A stretch of DNA of 60,750 nucleotides, the filler included. It is 5 parts of 5 records of this genome, joined end to end, with 100 filler letters (N's around TTAATTAATTAA, not from the genome) between each part and the next. Parts side by side here need not be neighbours in the genome. Positions count along the whole stretch, not along the records: positions 1 to 11,363 come from SRR31156797_14062; positions 11,464 to 38,972 come from SRR31156797_14101; 3 more parts are not named here. The stretch is one strand, 5' to 3'. Position numbers and translations under genes: made by a program. Below the pieces are notes generated by a model. The model saw only the letters and a program-made list of their open reading frames with translations. It ran no database searches and was not told the DNA's origin. This document shows, one piece after another, positions 8,777 through 18,576 of the stretch; the stretch's first letter is position 1, and each line of letters starts with the position of its first letter.

Positions 8777-8850
8777 TTTATAAACAGGGGGCAAATCTTG
8801 CCTCTTGACAACTCGTTATCAAAGAAACCGACTTCCCCCCATCATTCACA

Positions 8851-9300
8851 TCATTCCCCCATGGCTAAACGGGCGAGCAGCTCCCCTTCCCCATTGTATA
8901 TCTCGAGTATCCCATCCACAATCTTCCAGGTTGCTACAGCCTCCAAGGTCTTCATAAATGCCTGGTCGATTGTCACACCCGGAGGACAGGCCATCATCGT
9001 AGCGCCCATGGGTGAGATGGTAAGGACCTTCCCCTCTCGGTTGAAAGTTCCAAAAAACCGGTTGCATCCGGTGAAGCCGGCGACACGCATCTCCTCAGAT
9101 GCCATGCGAAACCAGGGAAGGGATCTTCCGGCGGAAGCTGTCACGGCTTCACCATTGAGTTCAATCAGCTCCCAGCGGATGTTTTCAACACTCACCACAG
9201 GGGCCTCATCCGGCACAGTCTTGACATCCTTTTGTCCGTTAAGCGAACACCCTGCAACCAGCACCAGAAGCCCAATAAAAAAAATCGTTTTTTTTATCAT
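8851..9300 (-). CDS. META/HslJ domain lipoprotein
   Basis: Lipobox LVAGC, W.L..LNG, GFTGCNRFFG and ATMMAC. Confidence 0.9.
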   Translation of the reverse strand: MIKKTIFFIGLLVLVAGCSLNGQKDVKTVPDEAPVVSVENIRWELIELNGEAVTASAGRSLPWFRMASEEMRVAGFTGCNRFFGTFNREGKVLTISPMGATMMACPPGVTIDQAFMKTLEAVATWKIVDGILEIYNGEGELLARLAMGE

Positions 9301-9326
9301 CAGTCTATTTCCATATCTCCAAAGCG

Positions 9327-9593
9327 TTACTTTAATTGACTGTCTTTGCTGCCACGCCGATTGTATCCGGCAGAGGTTGTTTGCCGGTCTTCAAATTCCG
9401 ACTGACATTCGACACACAAACAAACCCCGGGGATGGCTTTCCGGCGGGCTTCCGGAATACTGTTTCCACATTCCTTACAGTGAGTTAAGCTCTCACCCCG
9501 GGGCAACCGCTTTCTGGCCAGCGTTACCGCATCGTTTACACTGGCATCGATCTGATCCTGCACAGCCCCGTCACGGGCCCATCCAACAGCCAT
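9327..9593 (-). CDS. DksA/TraR family C4 zinc-finger protein, YbiI-like
   Basis: MAVGWA, C..CG..IPEARR.AIPGV.LC..CQ and terminal YNRRGSKDSQL. GAGGAG RBS before ATG 9593. Confidence 0.9.
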   Translation of the reverse strand: MAVGWARDGAVQDQIDASVNDAVTLARKRLPRGESLTHCKECGNSIPEARRKAIPGVCLCVECQSEFEDRQTTSAGYNRRGSKDSQLK

Positions 9594-9856
9594 AATCCAC
9601 TCCTCTAACAAATGTGCTTGCACACACGTCTAAAGCCCTCAATCCATCATTCTGAACGTTTACGCATACAACGCTTTTTCAGAGCATTAACGCAAACGCG
9701 TTGTTGCAGCCAGGGCTTCCGCCTAACTACAACAAATTTGATACAATTTCAATGATAACAACAAATGTCCAACAGACCAAGCCCTCCCTGTCACCGGAAC
9801 CGGTTTGTGCGCGGAATCATATCTTTATTACGGATCGGGGCCTTCCGGTTAGCTTC

Positions 9857-10780
9857 CTAGGTTTTTTCATGGGCGACAGACGCGGATGGGCGTGTTGCCC
9901 ATATTCCGCCGCCTATGATAAGTGTCCCGCCAGCCATGTGGGGTATTCCAACGGCTTCATCCAAAAACAGAAATCCAAGGAATGCCCCATAAAGAGGTAA
10001 CGTATTATAAAAAACGGCGGCATTGTTCGGCCCCAGGCGAGCCACTCCTGTATTCCACGCATAAAATCCGACGGCGGAAGGGACAACACCTATGTATATC
10101 AATATTAAAACCACTTGGAAATCAAATTTGACCGGGGCACTCTGCCATTCCCAGATGGCCGGAAAGAATAAGATCGGCACCCCTATGAACATGGAAAAAG
10201 CCGTTGCTGAAACCGAAGAACGGTGACGCATCACTTTACTGCCAACAATTGCATACACGCCCCATATCAGGACCGACACCAGGACAATTAAATCCCCCAG
10301 GTTCAAATGGGCTGTTTTCCAGAACAGGACTGAGCCGTTTGAAATCAAAAAAACAACGCCTGTAAACGCCGCGATGGCGCCGCCAATCTGCCGGCGGGTC
10401 ATGGGTTCTTTTATGAACCAGGTTGCAAAAAGACCGGTAACAAGCGGCGTTAAGGCATTGATCAAGGTGCAATTCACCGCAGTGGTGTACCGAAGTCCCA
10501 GGTAAAGGGCGGGAGAAAAAAAAACGACCCCGGCCACCGCCATGGCGACCAGCAACCAGCGGTCTTCCCCCATACCTCTCTCTGCCGGCGGTTGTTTTCG
10601 GAGCAACATCGCAAAAATGATTGAAGCAATGGAAAACCTGACGGCTGAAATCGTTATGGGGCCGACAGCATCCTTCAGATAGCGTCCCAGCACCATATTG
10701 GTTGCCCACACAAAGGTGGCCAGGTTCGCATAAGCGATACCAATAATCCGATTCATGGGATCATTTCTTTCCTGTTTCAT
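9857..10780 (-). CDS. EamA/DMT family transporter
   Basis: About 10 hydrophobic segments in two EamA repeats (WATN, RF, YTTAVN, GDL, NTLP). Start may instead be 10756. Confidence 0.9.
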   Translation of the reverse strand: MKQERNDPMNRIIGIAYANLATFVWATNMVLGRYLKDAVGPITISAVRFSIASIIFAMLLRKQPPAERGMGEDRWLLVAMAVAGVVFFSPALYLGLRYTTAVNCTLINALTPLVTGLFATWFIKEPMTRRQIGGAIAAFTGVVFLISNGSVLFWKTAHLNLGDLIVLVSVLIWGVYAIVGSKVMRHRSSVSATAFSMFIGVPILFFPAIWEWQSAPVKFDFQVVLILIYIGVVPSAVGFYAWNTGVARLGPNNAAVFYNTLPLYGAFLGFLFLDEAVGIPHMAGGTLIIGGGIWATRPSASVAHEKT

Positions 10781-10869
10781 GATCCTCTCCACCCGACCTT
10801 TACGGGTTCAGCTCAAGTTGTTTGGATATCCCTTTCCGCAGGACCAGGGTACAGCAAATTATTCCGGGG

Positions 10870-11363
10870 CTATTCCGGCAGTTTGCCGAAGGCGGCAAGT
10901 ACCCTGAGCATGTCCAAAGTAAGCTTCCCGCGCCATTCCATTTCTGCGGACTGCCAGTCCCGGGGGTATGCCCCGGCCCAATGCCAGAATGGTTTCCAGG
11001 AACCGTCTTCCCCCTGGGTCCGGATTTCATAATCCAGGTTCCTGTCGACTGCGTCGGCAATCAGGTGGTGGTACGGTGAATGGGGTGATTTGACCGTCCA
11101 GATCGGTTTCAGGCAATACTCCCCCCACCTGGAACTGTCCGTTTCAACGGAAGCGGGTATCATTTGCATCAGTTTCCGTTTCAGACGGGCAGATGCGTCA
11201 ACAGGTAAATTGTCGCATTCAGAAAGGGACAAATAGCATAAAAGCGAGTCACCGGCGACCTTGTCCCCTTCATTTTCCATATGCCCAAGCACACGGGCAA
11301 GCAGGTCCAAGCGAAATGCTTCGGACGTCAACGCCTGATAATGAAAAAGATATCCGCAGATCT
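10870..11363 (-). CDS. Hypothetical protein, prenyltransferase/squalene-cyclase-like repeat region (5' truncated by contig end)
   Basis: QGEDGSW repeat-like motif with Trp-rich C-terminus. Confidence 0.5.
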
Positions 11364-11463
11364 NNNNNNNNNNNNNNNNNNNNNNNNNNNNNNNNNNNNN
11401 NNNNNNNTTAATTAATTAANNNNNNNNNNNNNNNNNNNNNNNNNNNNNNNNNNNNNNNNNNNN
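11364..11463. other. Artificial contig linker
   Basis: N44-TTAATTAATTAA-N44, giving stops in all frames. Confidence 0.98.
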
Positions 11464-12815
11464 CCGCCAGCGCAGCAGAAAGTCTGCTCACGAGTGGTGC
11501 CGACCGGCATCTCGAAGTAGTTATTGACCACGTGTTTGATAACGTAGCGAGGTTCTTCCAAAAGGCCCATTCCCCGTGCGGGGTTGCAGGAATCATGGAA
11601 GGTAACACGCAGGTGATCGTTACGGCTGGGATCAAGTTTCAGCTTGTTGTGCTTCATCAAGTCAGCCGTGAATTCTGTAATGTGCAGCATCTTGGTGGCA
11701 GCAGAAGTCTCAAACACCGTACCGGTGATCGGTGACTTCGGAGTGGTCATGCCAGCATGCTGGGTGTCACCGGTCATGGTATCCATGTACTGGTGAACAA
11801 CACGCCACATATGGCCACATTCGCCGCCAAGAATCCACTTACAACCGAGGCGTTCAGCTTCGGCGTACATCTTGGCGTTCAATTTCTTCATGGATTCGTT
11901 ATTGGTAAACGAACCGAAGTTACCGCCCTCGGATGCATAGGTGGACATGGTGTAATCGAGACCGATTTCATCAAACAGCATCAGATAACCCATGAAGGTA
12001 TAGATACCGGGGTCAGCGAACACGTCGCCGGACGGGGTGATGAACAGAATCTCATGGCCCTTTTCGTTCAGCGGGGCCTTGACGCGCTTACCGGTAACCT
12101 CTTCGATATCGTCAACCATGAAGTCCACGATGTCTTTGAAAGCATGAGGCTGAATACCAAGGTGGTTACCTGTGATATTACAGTTGGAAACCGGCTCCAT
12201 GATCCAGTTGATGTTCAAACCAACCAAATGCATCAATTCGCGGGCCATCATGGTCATTTCCGCAGTATCAATGCCGTAAGGGCAGTAGAGGGAACAACGA
12301 CGACACTGGGTGCACTGATAAAAGTAGATGAACCATTCTTTCAGGACATCTTCTTCCATAACGCGAGACCCGGTGAGCTTGCTCAGGATCTTACCTGCCA
12401 CGGTGAATTCACCACGGTAAACGGAGCGCATCAGCTCGGCACGAAGAACAGGCATGTTCTTGGGATCACCGGAACCGATAAAGAAGTGACATTTGTCAGC
12501 ACAGGCACCGCAACGCACACAGATGTCCATGAACACCTGAAGGGTACGGAACTTTTTCAGCCTTTCGCGGAAACCCTTGACCACAATTTCCTTCCAGTTG
12601 GGAGGCAATTTCCAGTCAGCTTCACCCGGATTCCATTCGCGGGCCGGACCCCAGAGACCGGGAAGCTTGGATTCCATATATTCCATCTTCTCGGGCTTGG
12701 CGGGGTAACACCAGTGACCCGGTGAAAAATCCACCGGGGTTTCCATCCAGCCAGTAGCCGGAGGATTGTAATCTATGCTCTTGAAGAGCTCATCTGCTTT
12801 TGGGATGTCGGACAT
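11464..12815 (-). CDS. dsrK: DsrK, HdrD-like Fe-S subunit of DsrMKJOP (3' truncated)
   Basis: CVRCGACADKC and CTQCRRCSLYCP Fe-S motifs, GECGH and FHDSCN...CCAG CCG domain. Lies downstream of dsrM. Confidence 0.95.
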
Positions 12816-12867
12816 ATCTTTTATCTCCTCAGATAAAGAAGTATCACCTAACTGTGACCCCGGGGGC

Positions 12868-13908
12868 CTAAGCCTCTTCCTCGGGGGCCTTGCCATTCTC
12901 GGGATTATCGAGAGGCAGACCAGCCTCGGCCATGGGGACACCGAATTGCTTCTCGTAGTCCGCGTAGGCATGGGCCTTGATGTTAGGATCATTCCAGGGG
13001 TTCACATGATGCTTGGCACGCGTATCGTTCGGCAGGTTCCGTGTCGGAGACAGGAAAACACCGGGAAAGTGCATAAGCTTGCTGAACGGAAAGTACGCCA
13101 TGAGGCAACTGACCAGGAAAACGTGAATGAAGAAGGAAACACCGATGGCATCGGGAACAACGTAATTAAACGTCATCAGCCCCATGGTCAGTTCCTTGAT
13201 CGCGATAACGTCGACCTTGGCGTAGTACCGCATGTAGATGCCCGACAGGGCGACAGCCAGGATCAGGAACAACGGAAAGAAATCCGATGCATACGAAATG
13301 TAGTTGATCCGAGCGTTAATCAATCTGCGACCCAAGAGCAGAAGCACACCAGCCAGCAGACCGAGGTCGGTCAGGTACATGGTCGGAGCACCGATTTGCA
13401 AAAGACCGTCCACGAAATCAAGACCATTCACGAAGAACGGAACCGGCTCGAGGAACAGGCGAAGGTGTCGCAGGGCTACAATGAAAAAGGAATAGTGGAA
13501 AGTGATAGCAAAGAGCCACAGCCACTTACTGGATTTGTAAGCAACAATGGGATGATCCTTTCCTTGGTGCAGGGACACAGCAGTGTTCCTGAACAGAGAC
13601 CGGAACGCGAAGACTTCAAGCACCATACGGAAGAAAGTCTGAGCGCCGGTCTGGGGACAGTCCAGCTTGTTCTGCGGGAACAGCTTGGGGTCAAACGACT
13701 TGAACTGACCACCGGTTGTGGGGATGCGAAACGGCACGGCCGAACGACCCCAGATTATGACTTTATAAATAAAGCCGACGACAAAGATGATGAAAGCCGT
13801 TGTCGGGATGCAGACACCGAAGAAAGTCCTCAGATGTGCCGCATCAACCCCAAACAACGGGATCAACACCAGGAGAAAGACGAACAGAAGTGAGTAAAGA
13901 GCATTCAT
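12868..13908 (-). CDS. dsrM: DsrM, NarI-like membrane cytochrome b
   Basis: VPFRIPTT, FRSLFRNT, FHYS...RHLR and YFPFSKLMH...SPTRN. Confidence 0.95.
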   Translation of the reverse strand: MNALYSLLFVFLLVLIPLFGVDAAHLRTFFGVCIPTTAFIIFVVGFIYKVIIWGRSAVPFRIPTTGGQFKSFDPKLFPQNKLDCPQTGAQTFFRMVLEVFAFRSLFRNTAVSLHQGKDHPIVAYKSSKWLWLFAITFHYSFFIVALRHLRLFLEPVPFFVNGLDFVDGLLQIGAPTMYLTDLGLLAGVLLLLGRRLINARINYISYASDFFPLFLILAVALSGIYMRYYAKVDVIAIKELTMGLMTFNYVVPDAIGVSFFIHVFLVSCLMAYFPFSKLMHFPGVFLSPTRNLPNDTRAKHHVNPWNDPNIKAHAYADYEKQFGVPMAEAGLPLDNPENGKAPEEEA

Positions 13909-14104
13909 CTACCGTCACCTCGCTTGAAGGTTGGACCTACCGGCTTTACCGGAGGCCTGCCACTTTCGGTACACGCTCTCAAGGAATCGTCGATGCCTGA
14001 ACGGCGACGCATGCGAAAAACAAATCCACGGAAGACCGCAAATCCACCCCCTTGCACACCTCGTCCCGGTCCTCACACCGCGACAAAACCCCTCGAACGG
14101 ATCC

Positions 14105-14632
14105 TTAATCGACCGATGTTTCGGTCGTAACGTCCACAATCATTCCGGCCTTTCTGAGCAAGCTGCTCTGAGCGCGTTTCACCTCGTCAACGCGGAACCG
14201 GAATACCTCTTCGCGACTTTTTGTATAGATGTCAAAGGACATCATGACCAAATTGTCTATTTTAGCCTCAAACCTCAACAGGTTATCAAGCGTCCCGTCT
14301 TTTTTCATTTCCTTGAAGAACTCGTCGCGAAGAAGTTTCTTCAGTAAAAAAACGAAACTGAGAGCCTGCGAGGGGGTAAAATCCTGTACAGCCCGAATAC
14401 GTATGAGCTTATCCAGACTTTTGGCAATCACCTCGGCATCTTGCCAGTCAATCAGTTGATCGAACAGTTCCCCGGTTGCCTCGATGATGGCAGCCCCCAC
14501 GGGGTTTTGAAATCGATCTTTTTGTTTTGTCCAAACTTTCTGTGTTTCGGTCGGATATGTCTTAAGGACCAGTTCCGCCCACTTTGTCGCCAATTCGGCC
14601 TTTCGTTCGGCCAGTACGGATTCGAATGTCAT
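14105..14632 (-). CDS. RsbRD N-terminal domain protein, first gene of the dsrMKJOP operon
   Basis: DRFQNPVG and IRIRAVQDFTPSQALSFVF. Usual position upstream of dsrM in sulfate reducers. Confidence 0.85.
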   Translation of the reverse strand: MTFESVLAERKAELATKWAELVLKTYPTETQKVWTKQKDRFQNPVGAAIIEATGELFDQLIDWQDAEVIAKSLDKLIRIRAVQDFTPSQALSFVFLLKKLLRDEFFKEMKKDGTLDNLLRFEAKIDNLVMMSFDIYTKSREEVFRFRVDEVKRAQSSLLRKAGMIVDVTTETSVD

Positions 14633-14721
14633 TATATACTCGCAATAACTCATAAAACATCAATTCTTGACTGCCCGATCAAAGCGGGGAAGTCTCAGTT
14701 TCACAAGCGTGCATTGAAAAA

Positions 14722-14739
14722 TTGTGAAAAACATCACGT
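14722..14739. promoter_or_regulatory. Rex-type operator upstream of the dsrMK operon
   Basis: TTGTGAAAAACATCACGT matches TTGTGAA-N4-TTCACAA. Lies downstream of a minus-strand TTGACG at 14780-14775. Confidence 0.7.
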
Positions 14740-14856
14740 AAAACTCAGAAACATATTCCAAACCCCTTGGAAAACGTCAAGGCTTTTCCAAGGAAAAACT
14801 GCCTAATGAGAAGGGGTATCAGGACGTAATAACGCCTGAATTCACACGAAAGAATC

Positions 14857-17412
14857 TCAACCTCGCTCCACCCTGTTTCTTCCCATACGTTTAGCCTTGT
14901 ACAAGGCTTCATCCGCACGGTTGAGAACTTCTTCAATGGTCCTGTCGGATGTCCGAACCACAGTCGTCCCAATAGAGACTGTGAATGTGACAACGGATTC
15001 CCCAACCCGAGCCTCCAAACCTGCATAAACTTCACGAAGCCGTTCTGCGGCCTCAAGCCCTTCCTGCAGACCTGTTTCGGGGAGGACTACTGCAAATTCC
15101 TCACCACCAAGCCGACCAAAAATATCAGTCTCCCGCAGTGTCGTCGTGGACGCGGCAGCCAACATTCTGAGAATTAAATCACCGGCCTGATGGCCGTGGG
15201 TATCATTGATGGACTTGAAATAGTCAATATCAAGCATGAGCACGGCCAACGGGTTCTTGTACCGTTTGGCACGGACCAATTCCTTGGACGCAAGAACAAA
15301 AAAATTGTGCCGGTTATTCACACCGGTCAAACCATCGGTCGTAGCCAGCCGCTTCATTTTCTGCTCAAGGCGAATCCGCTGTGTCACATCATGAATAACA
15401 GAATAAAGTCGCTGCTTTCCCTGCACCATGATCGGCCCTGAATACACCTCCACATCACGAATGTCACCATTAACTAAAATATGTTTCATGATGAAATAGG
15501 AACGGCCTTCCTGTCTGGAAAGTTGCATTTCCCTAAAAATTTCATCTTGCGTCAACGCATTGATACTTCCCATCGTCATGTTACGCATGTCGTCAACGGA
15601 ATATCCATAAAAATCACTGGCAGCCGGATTGGCATCTATAATCTGTTCTGTTCTTGGATCTACCAAAAGCATGATGGCATGGTTATTCTCAAAAAAAGCA
15701 CGATACTGCTTCTCTCGCTCTTTAAGAATCCCTTCCGCTTCAATACGATCGGTAATGTCGCGAAATGTCCCTTCCATGGCCACAGCGTTGCCCGACTCGT
15801 TTCTGATCAAATGTGTATTCGCTTCGACAACGATGGAAGACCCATCCTTACGCCGCGCCTGTACCTGAACGCCTCGAATGGCTCCCTTCTCAACCAGTTG
15901 CCTTCGCAAATGCATCCGCTCATCCTTGATTGAATACAAGGAGTCGATACTTTTCCCGAGAAGGTCACTTTCTTCGTAACCGAGCAGGCGACACGTCGCA
16001 GGGTTGACCATTTGAACGTCACCAGCCAAATCAGTGACCATGTACCCTTCTTCAATGGATTCAAAAATCCGACGAAACTTTTCCTCACTCTCCTGCAACA
16101 CCTGCTCCGCTTTTTTCCGGGCGGAAATATCTCGAATGACATTAACAATCCCTAAAGCAAGGCCATCATCGCCAAGTATAAGGGACACAGAATGATCAGC
16201 AGGAAAAATCGTACCGTCACTTCGCCTCAATGCCATTTCGAATTGGGCTTTTTCTCCTCTGTCGAAAGCCGCCTGGGATTTGACAAGAAACTCTGCGTAA
16301 TGAGGCCTATCCACATGGAGCTCCAACAGTGACACCCCACTCAACTTTTCATTGGTCATTTCAAACAAAATTTCAGCGGCTGGATTGGCATCAAGAACAC
16401 TCCAATCAGGTGTCAAAATAAGTACTGTCTCACCCAAGGCGACAAAAGTATTGCGAAGCCACAATTCCTTTTCGGAAAGGGCCTCTTCCATAGCCCGTTT
16501 CTCCGTAACATCCACCCCAGAACTCAGGACTCCAATGACATTACCGCCCTCGTTGGTCAGTACTCTATTTTGCCAATGCACCAAACGATGACGACCGTCC
16601 TTGGCAACAATGTAGTTGGTGTATTCATCATCAATTTCCGTCTGACCGGAAAAAATCATGTAAAAATAATCGCGCACCTCGTCCCGCTGCTCGACGGGCA
16701 CCATCAAATCAATCCAATTCTGCCCGAGCAATTCATTTTCCGCGTATCCGAGATGCTCACTTCCGGTCCGGTTAACCATGGTAATCGCCCCGGAAGCATC
16801 CTGCGCAAGGATGATCGATCCGACCACATCAAGATAATGAGCGACCCGGTTTCGTTCATGACTCAACTGTTTCTCAGTCTCAACTCGAAAAGAAATATCT
16901 TCCAGAGTCAGGATATAGCCAGTAAATCCTGCAACCACTTCCGAAAATTTGGAGACCGAAACGCTAAAATATTTTTCTCCATAGGGAGCAGGAGCGACAA
17001 CATCCATCCGGCAGGAGCTTCCGCTCCCCCTTCCACCGGGAAGAAATTCCTGAAGACAAACGGCAAGCCAAGGGACTATATCCGCAACGGCCATTGAGAC
17101 ACCCGTGGCCAAGAAATCGTCACCAAGACTCAACACATTGATCGCAGCCTTGTTAGCGGCACTGATTTCAAATGAATCACTGAGAATAAGGGCAGGGGTA
17201 TCAAGGCTCTGAAAAAGCCGCAGCACATCTTCTTTTCTCTGTTCCTGATCAGAATGAACAGGAGAAGGCATCGTTCCAACTATCCCTGAAAAAAAGTCGG
17301 GCCACTCTTCAGTAATGGCATCCGGAGTGCTCCCATGTTTCTTAACATAGGCGAGAATGCACTCTTTGAGCCACTCTTCGTTCTCTGCAATATATGTTTT
17401 CAAACGATCCAT
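14857..17412 (-). CDS. Multi-PAS diguanylate cyclase
   Basis: About five PAS/PAC repeats. C-terminal DIDYFKSINDTHGH, RETD I-site and GGEEF. Confidence 0.93.
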   Translation of the reverse strand: MDRLKTYIAENEEWLKECILAYVKKHGSTPDAITEEWPDFFSGIVGTMPSPVHSDQEQRKEDVLRLFQSLDTPALILSDSFEISAANKAAINVLSLGDDFLATGVSMAVADIVPWLAVCLQEFLPGGRGSGSSCRMDVVAPAPYGEKYFSVSVSKFSEVVAGFTGYILTLEDISFRVETEKQLSHERNRVAHYLDVVGSIILAQDASGAITMVNRTGSEHLGYAENELLGQNWIDLMVPVEQRDEVRDYFYMIFSGQTEIDDEYTNYIVAKDGRHRLVHWQNRVLTNEGGNVIGVLSSGVDVTEKRAMEEALSEKELWLRNTFVALGETVLILTPDWSVLDANPAAEILFEMTNEKLSGVSLLELHVDRPHYAEFLVKSQAAFDRGEKAQFEMALRRSDGTIFPADHSVSLILGDDGLALGIVNVIRDISARKKAEQVLQESEEKFRRIFESIEEGYMVTDLAGDVQMVNPATCRLLGYEESDLLGKSIDSLYSIKDERMHLRRQLVEKGAIRGVQVQARRKDGSSIVVEANTHLIRNESGNAVAMEGTFRDITDRIEAEGILKEREKQYRAFFENNHAIMLLVDPRTEQIIDANPAASDFYGYSVDDMRNMTMGSINALTQDEIFREMQLSRQEGRSYFIMKHILVNGDIRDVEVYSGPIMVQGKQRLYSVIHDVTQRIRLEQKMKRLATTDGLTGVNNRHNFFVLASKELVRAKRYKNPLAVLMLDIDYFKSINDTHGHQAGDLILRMLAAASTTTLRETDIFGRLGGEEFAVVLPETGLQEGLEAAERLREVYAGLEARVGESVVTFTVSIGTTVVRTSDRTIEEVLNRADEALYKAKRMGRNRVERG

Positions 17413-17624
17413 TCTGATCCTGGATGAAAATTAAAGGCCACGGGGTTATGGGAAATCATAACAAAAACAGACGCGCACGGGTAGACAAATCCTTTTTTTC
17501 TCATCGTCTTCTCCCTCACGACAAGCAAACGCATATATCTCTCATCTGAGCATATGTCGATTCCAAGGATCATATAACCGGCACGGCACAGAACCAAAAG
17601 AACAAAAAAAGCTACGAGAACTAT

Positions 17625-17646
17625 AAAAAAGCCCGCTTACGCGGGC
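17625..17646 (-). terminator. Intrinsic terminator of trmI
   Basis: GCCCGC-N4-GCGGGC stem followed by T6 on the minus strand. Confidence 0.65.
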
Positions 17647-17651
17647 CTTGT

Positions 17652-18503
17652 CTATTTTTCTTCAACACTGTTTTCAACTTCGTCAGACGGTACTGTCGGA
17701 GCTTCTTCAGCTTCAGGCTCCGGTCGGGGAGCAGCTTTGGGGGGTTCCATATATCGAGCAAACACCAAGAATCCGGTATGCGCCACCATGCGATCATCAG
17801 GCCTGAGCCTGTCAGGCACGGGCTTCCAATGCCGAATCAGAATTTCCAAAACTTCCTGGTCGGCAAAAGGACCATCTTCCAATCCACGAAGCAATTCCGA
17901 CACCTGATTAACTGTAGGCAACAAGAAGCCGCACATAGCTCCCGGAATCACAGCTTCTGGGATGGAAGAAAGATATTCCCACGGCGTCCGTACATCCAAA
18001 AACAACGCGTCTGCGCCCGAATGTTTGAAGCCATCCTCGATATTCTGATTAACCTGCTCAACACGATCAGCCAGTCCAACACGCTCCAGATTCTTCCCGG
18101 CCAACTTGAAAAAGTCAGCGCGACGTTCATATGTGATAACCTTACCGGTATCACCTACAAACCAAGCCAAAGCGGTCGTCAAGCCACCCGAACCAGTACC
18201 GGATTCGATAACGGTAGAACCGGGACCGATCCCCAGTTTCATCATCAGGTACCCAATTTCCTTGGGGTACATAATCTGAGTCTGACGTTTCACACCCTTG
18301 ATAAGGTCATGCAGAGTCGGCTTGAGCACCAGATAGGGTCTGCCGAGATGGGTCTTTACATACTGGCCGAAACCGGCCTCGGCTACTTCGTCCATAAGCA
18401 ACTTGCCATCATGGGTATGTACTTCTCCACCAGCTTCAAGCTTGCGAAGGTACCGTTTGCCCTTGTGGCTGATGAGCAAAATGAGTTGTCCGGATTCGAT
18501 CAT
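17652..18503 (-). CDS. trmI: tRNA (adenine-58-N1) methyltransferase
   Basis: KRQTQIMYPKE, ESGTGSG, FLDVRTPWE and RP...MVAHTGFL. Confidence 0.92.
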   Translation of the reverse strand: MIESGQLILLISHKGKRYLRKLEAGGEVHTHDGKLLMDEVAEAGFGQYVKTHLGRPYLVLKPTLHDLIKGVKRQTQIMYPKEIGYLMMKLGIGPGSTVIESGTGSGGLTTALAWFVGDTGKVITYERRADFFKLAGKNLERVGLADRVEQVNQNIEDGFKHSGADALFLDVRTPWEYLSSIPEAVIPGAMCGFLLPTVNQVSELLRGLEDGPFADQEVLEILIRHWKPVPDRLRPDDRMVAHTGFLVFARYMEPPKAAPRPEPEAEEAPTVPSDEVENSVEEK

Positions 18504-18576
18504 TGATTCGGCCTCCTAAAAAATATTGGCTTTGAGGTACGGTCAGGTTGAAGGGAAGTCAAGGAAAACGGGGTAA

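Noticed and set aside
9721-9854. GCCTAAC...GTTAGCT pair resembling integron attC core sites
   Set aside because: The internal sequence is not self-complementary (no L boxes or extended hairpin), no similar sites follow other genes, and there is no integrase.
11408-11419. TTAATTAATTAA palindromic repeat occurring four times in the window
   Set aside because: Artificial all-frame-stop linker between contigs.
11757-13893. Long plus-strand ORFs (322 and 372 aa) opposite dsrK and dsrM
   Set aside because: Antisense shadows of codon-biased genes with no recognisable motifs. The same applies to those opposite rne, htpG and the mur genes.
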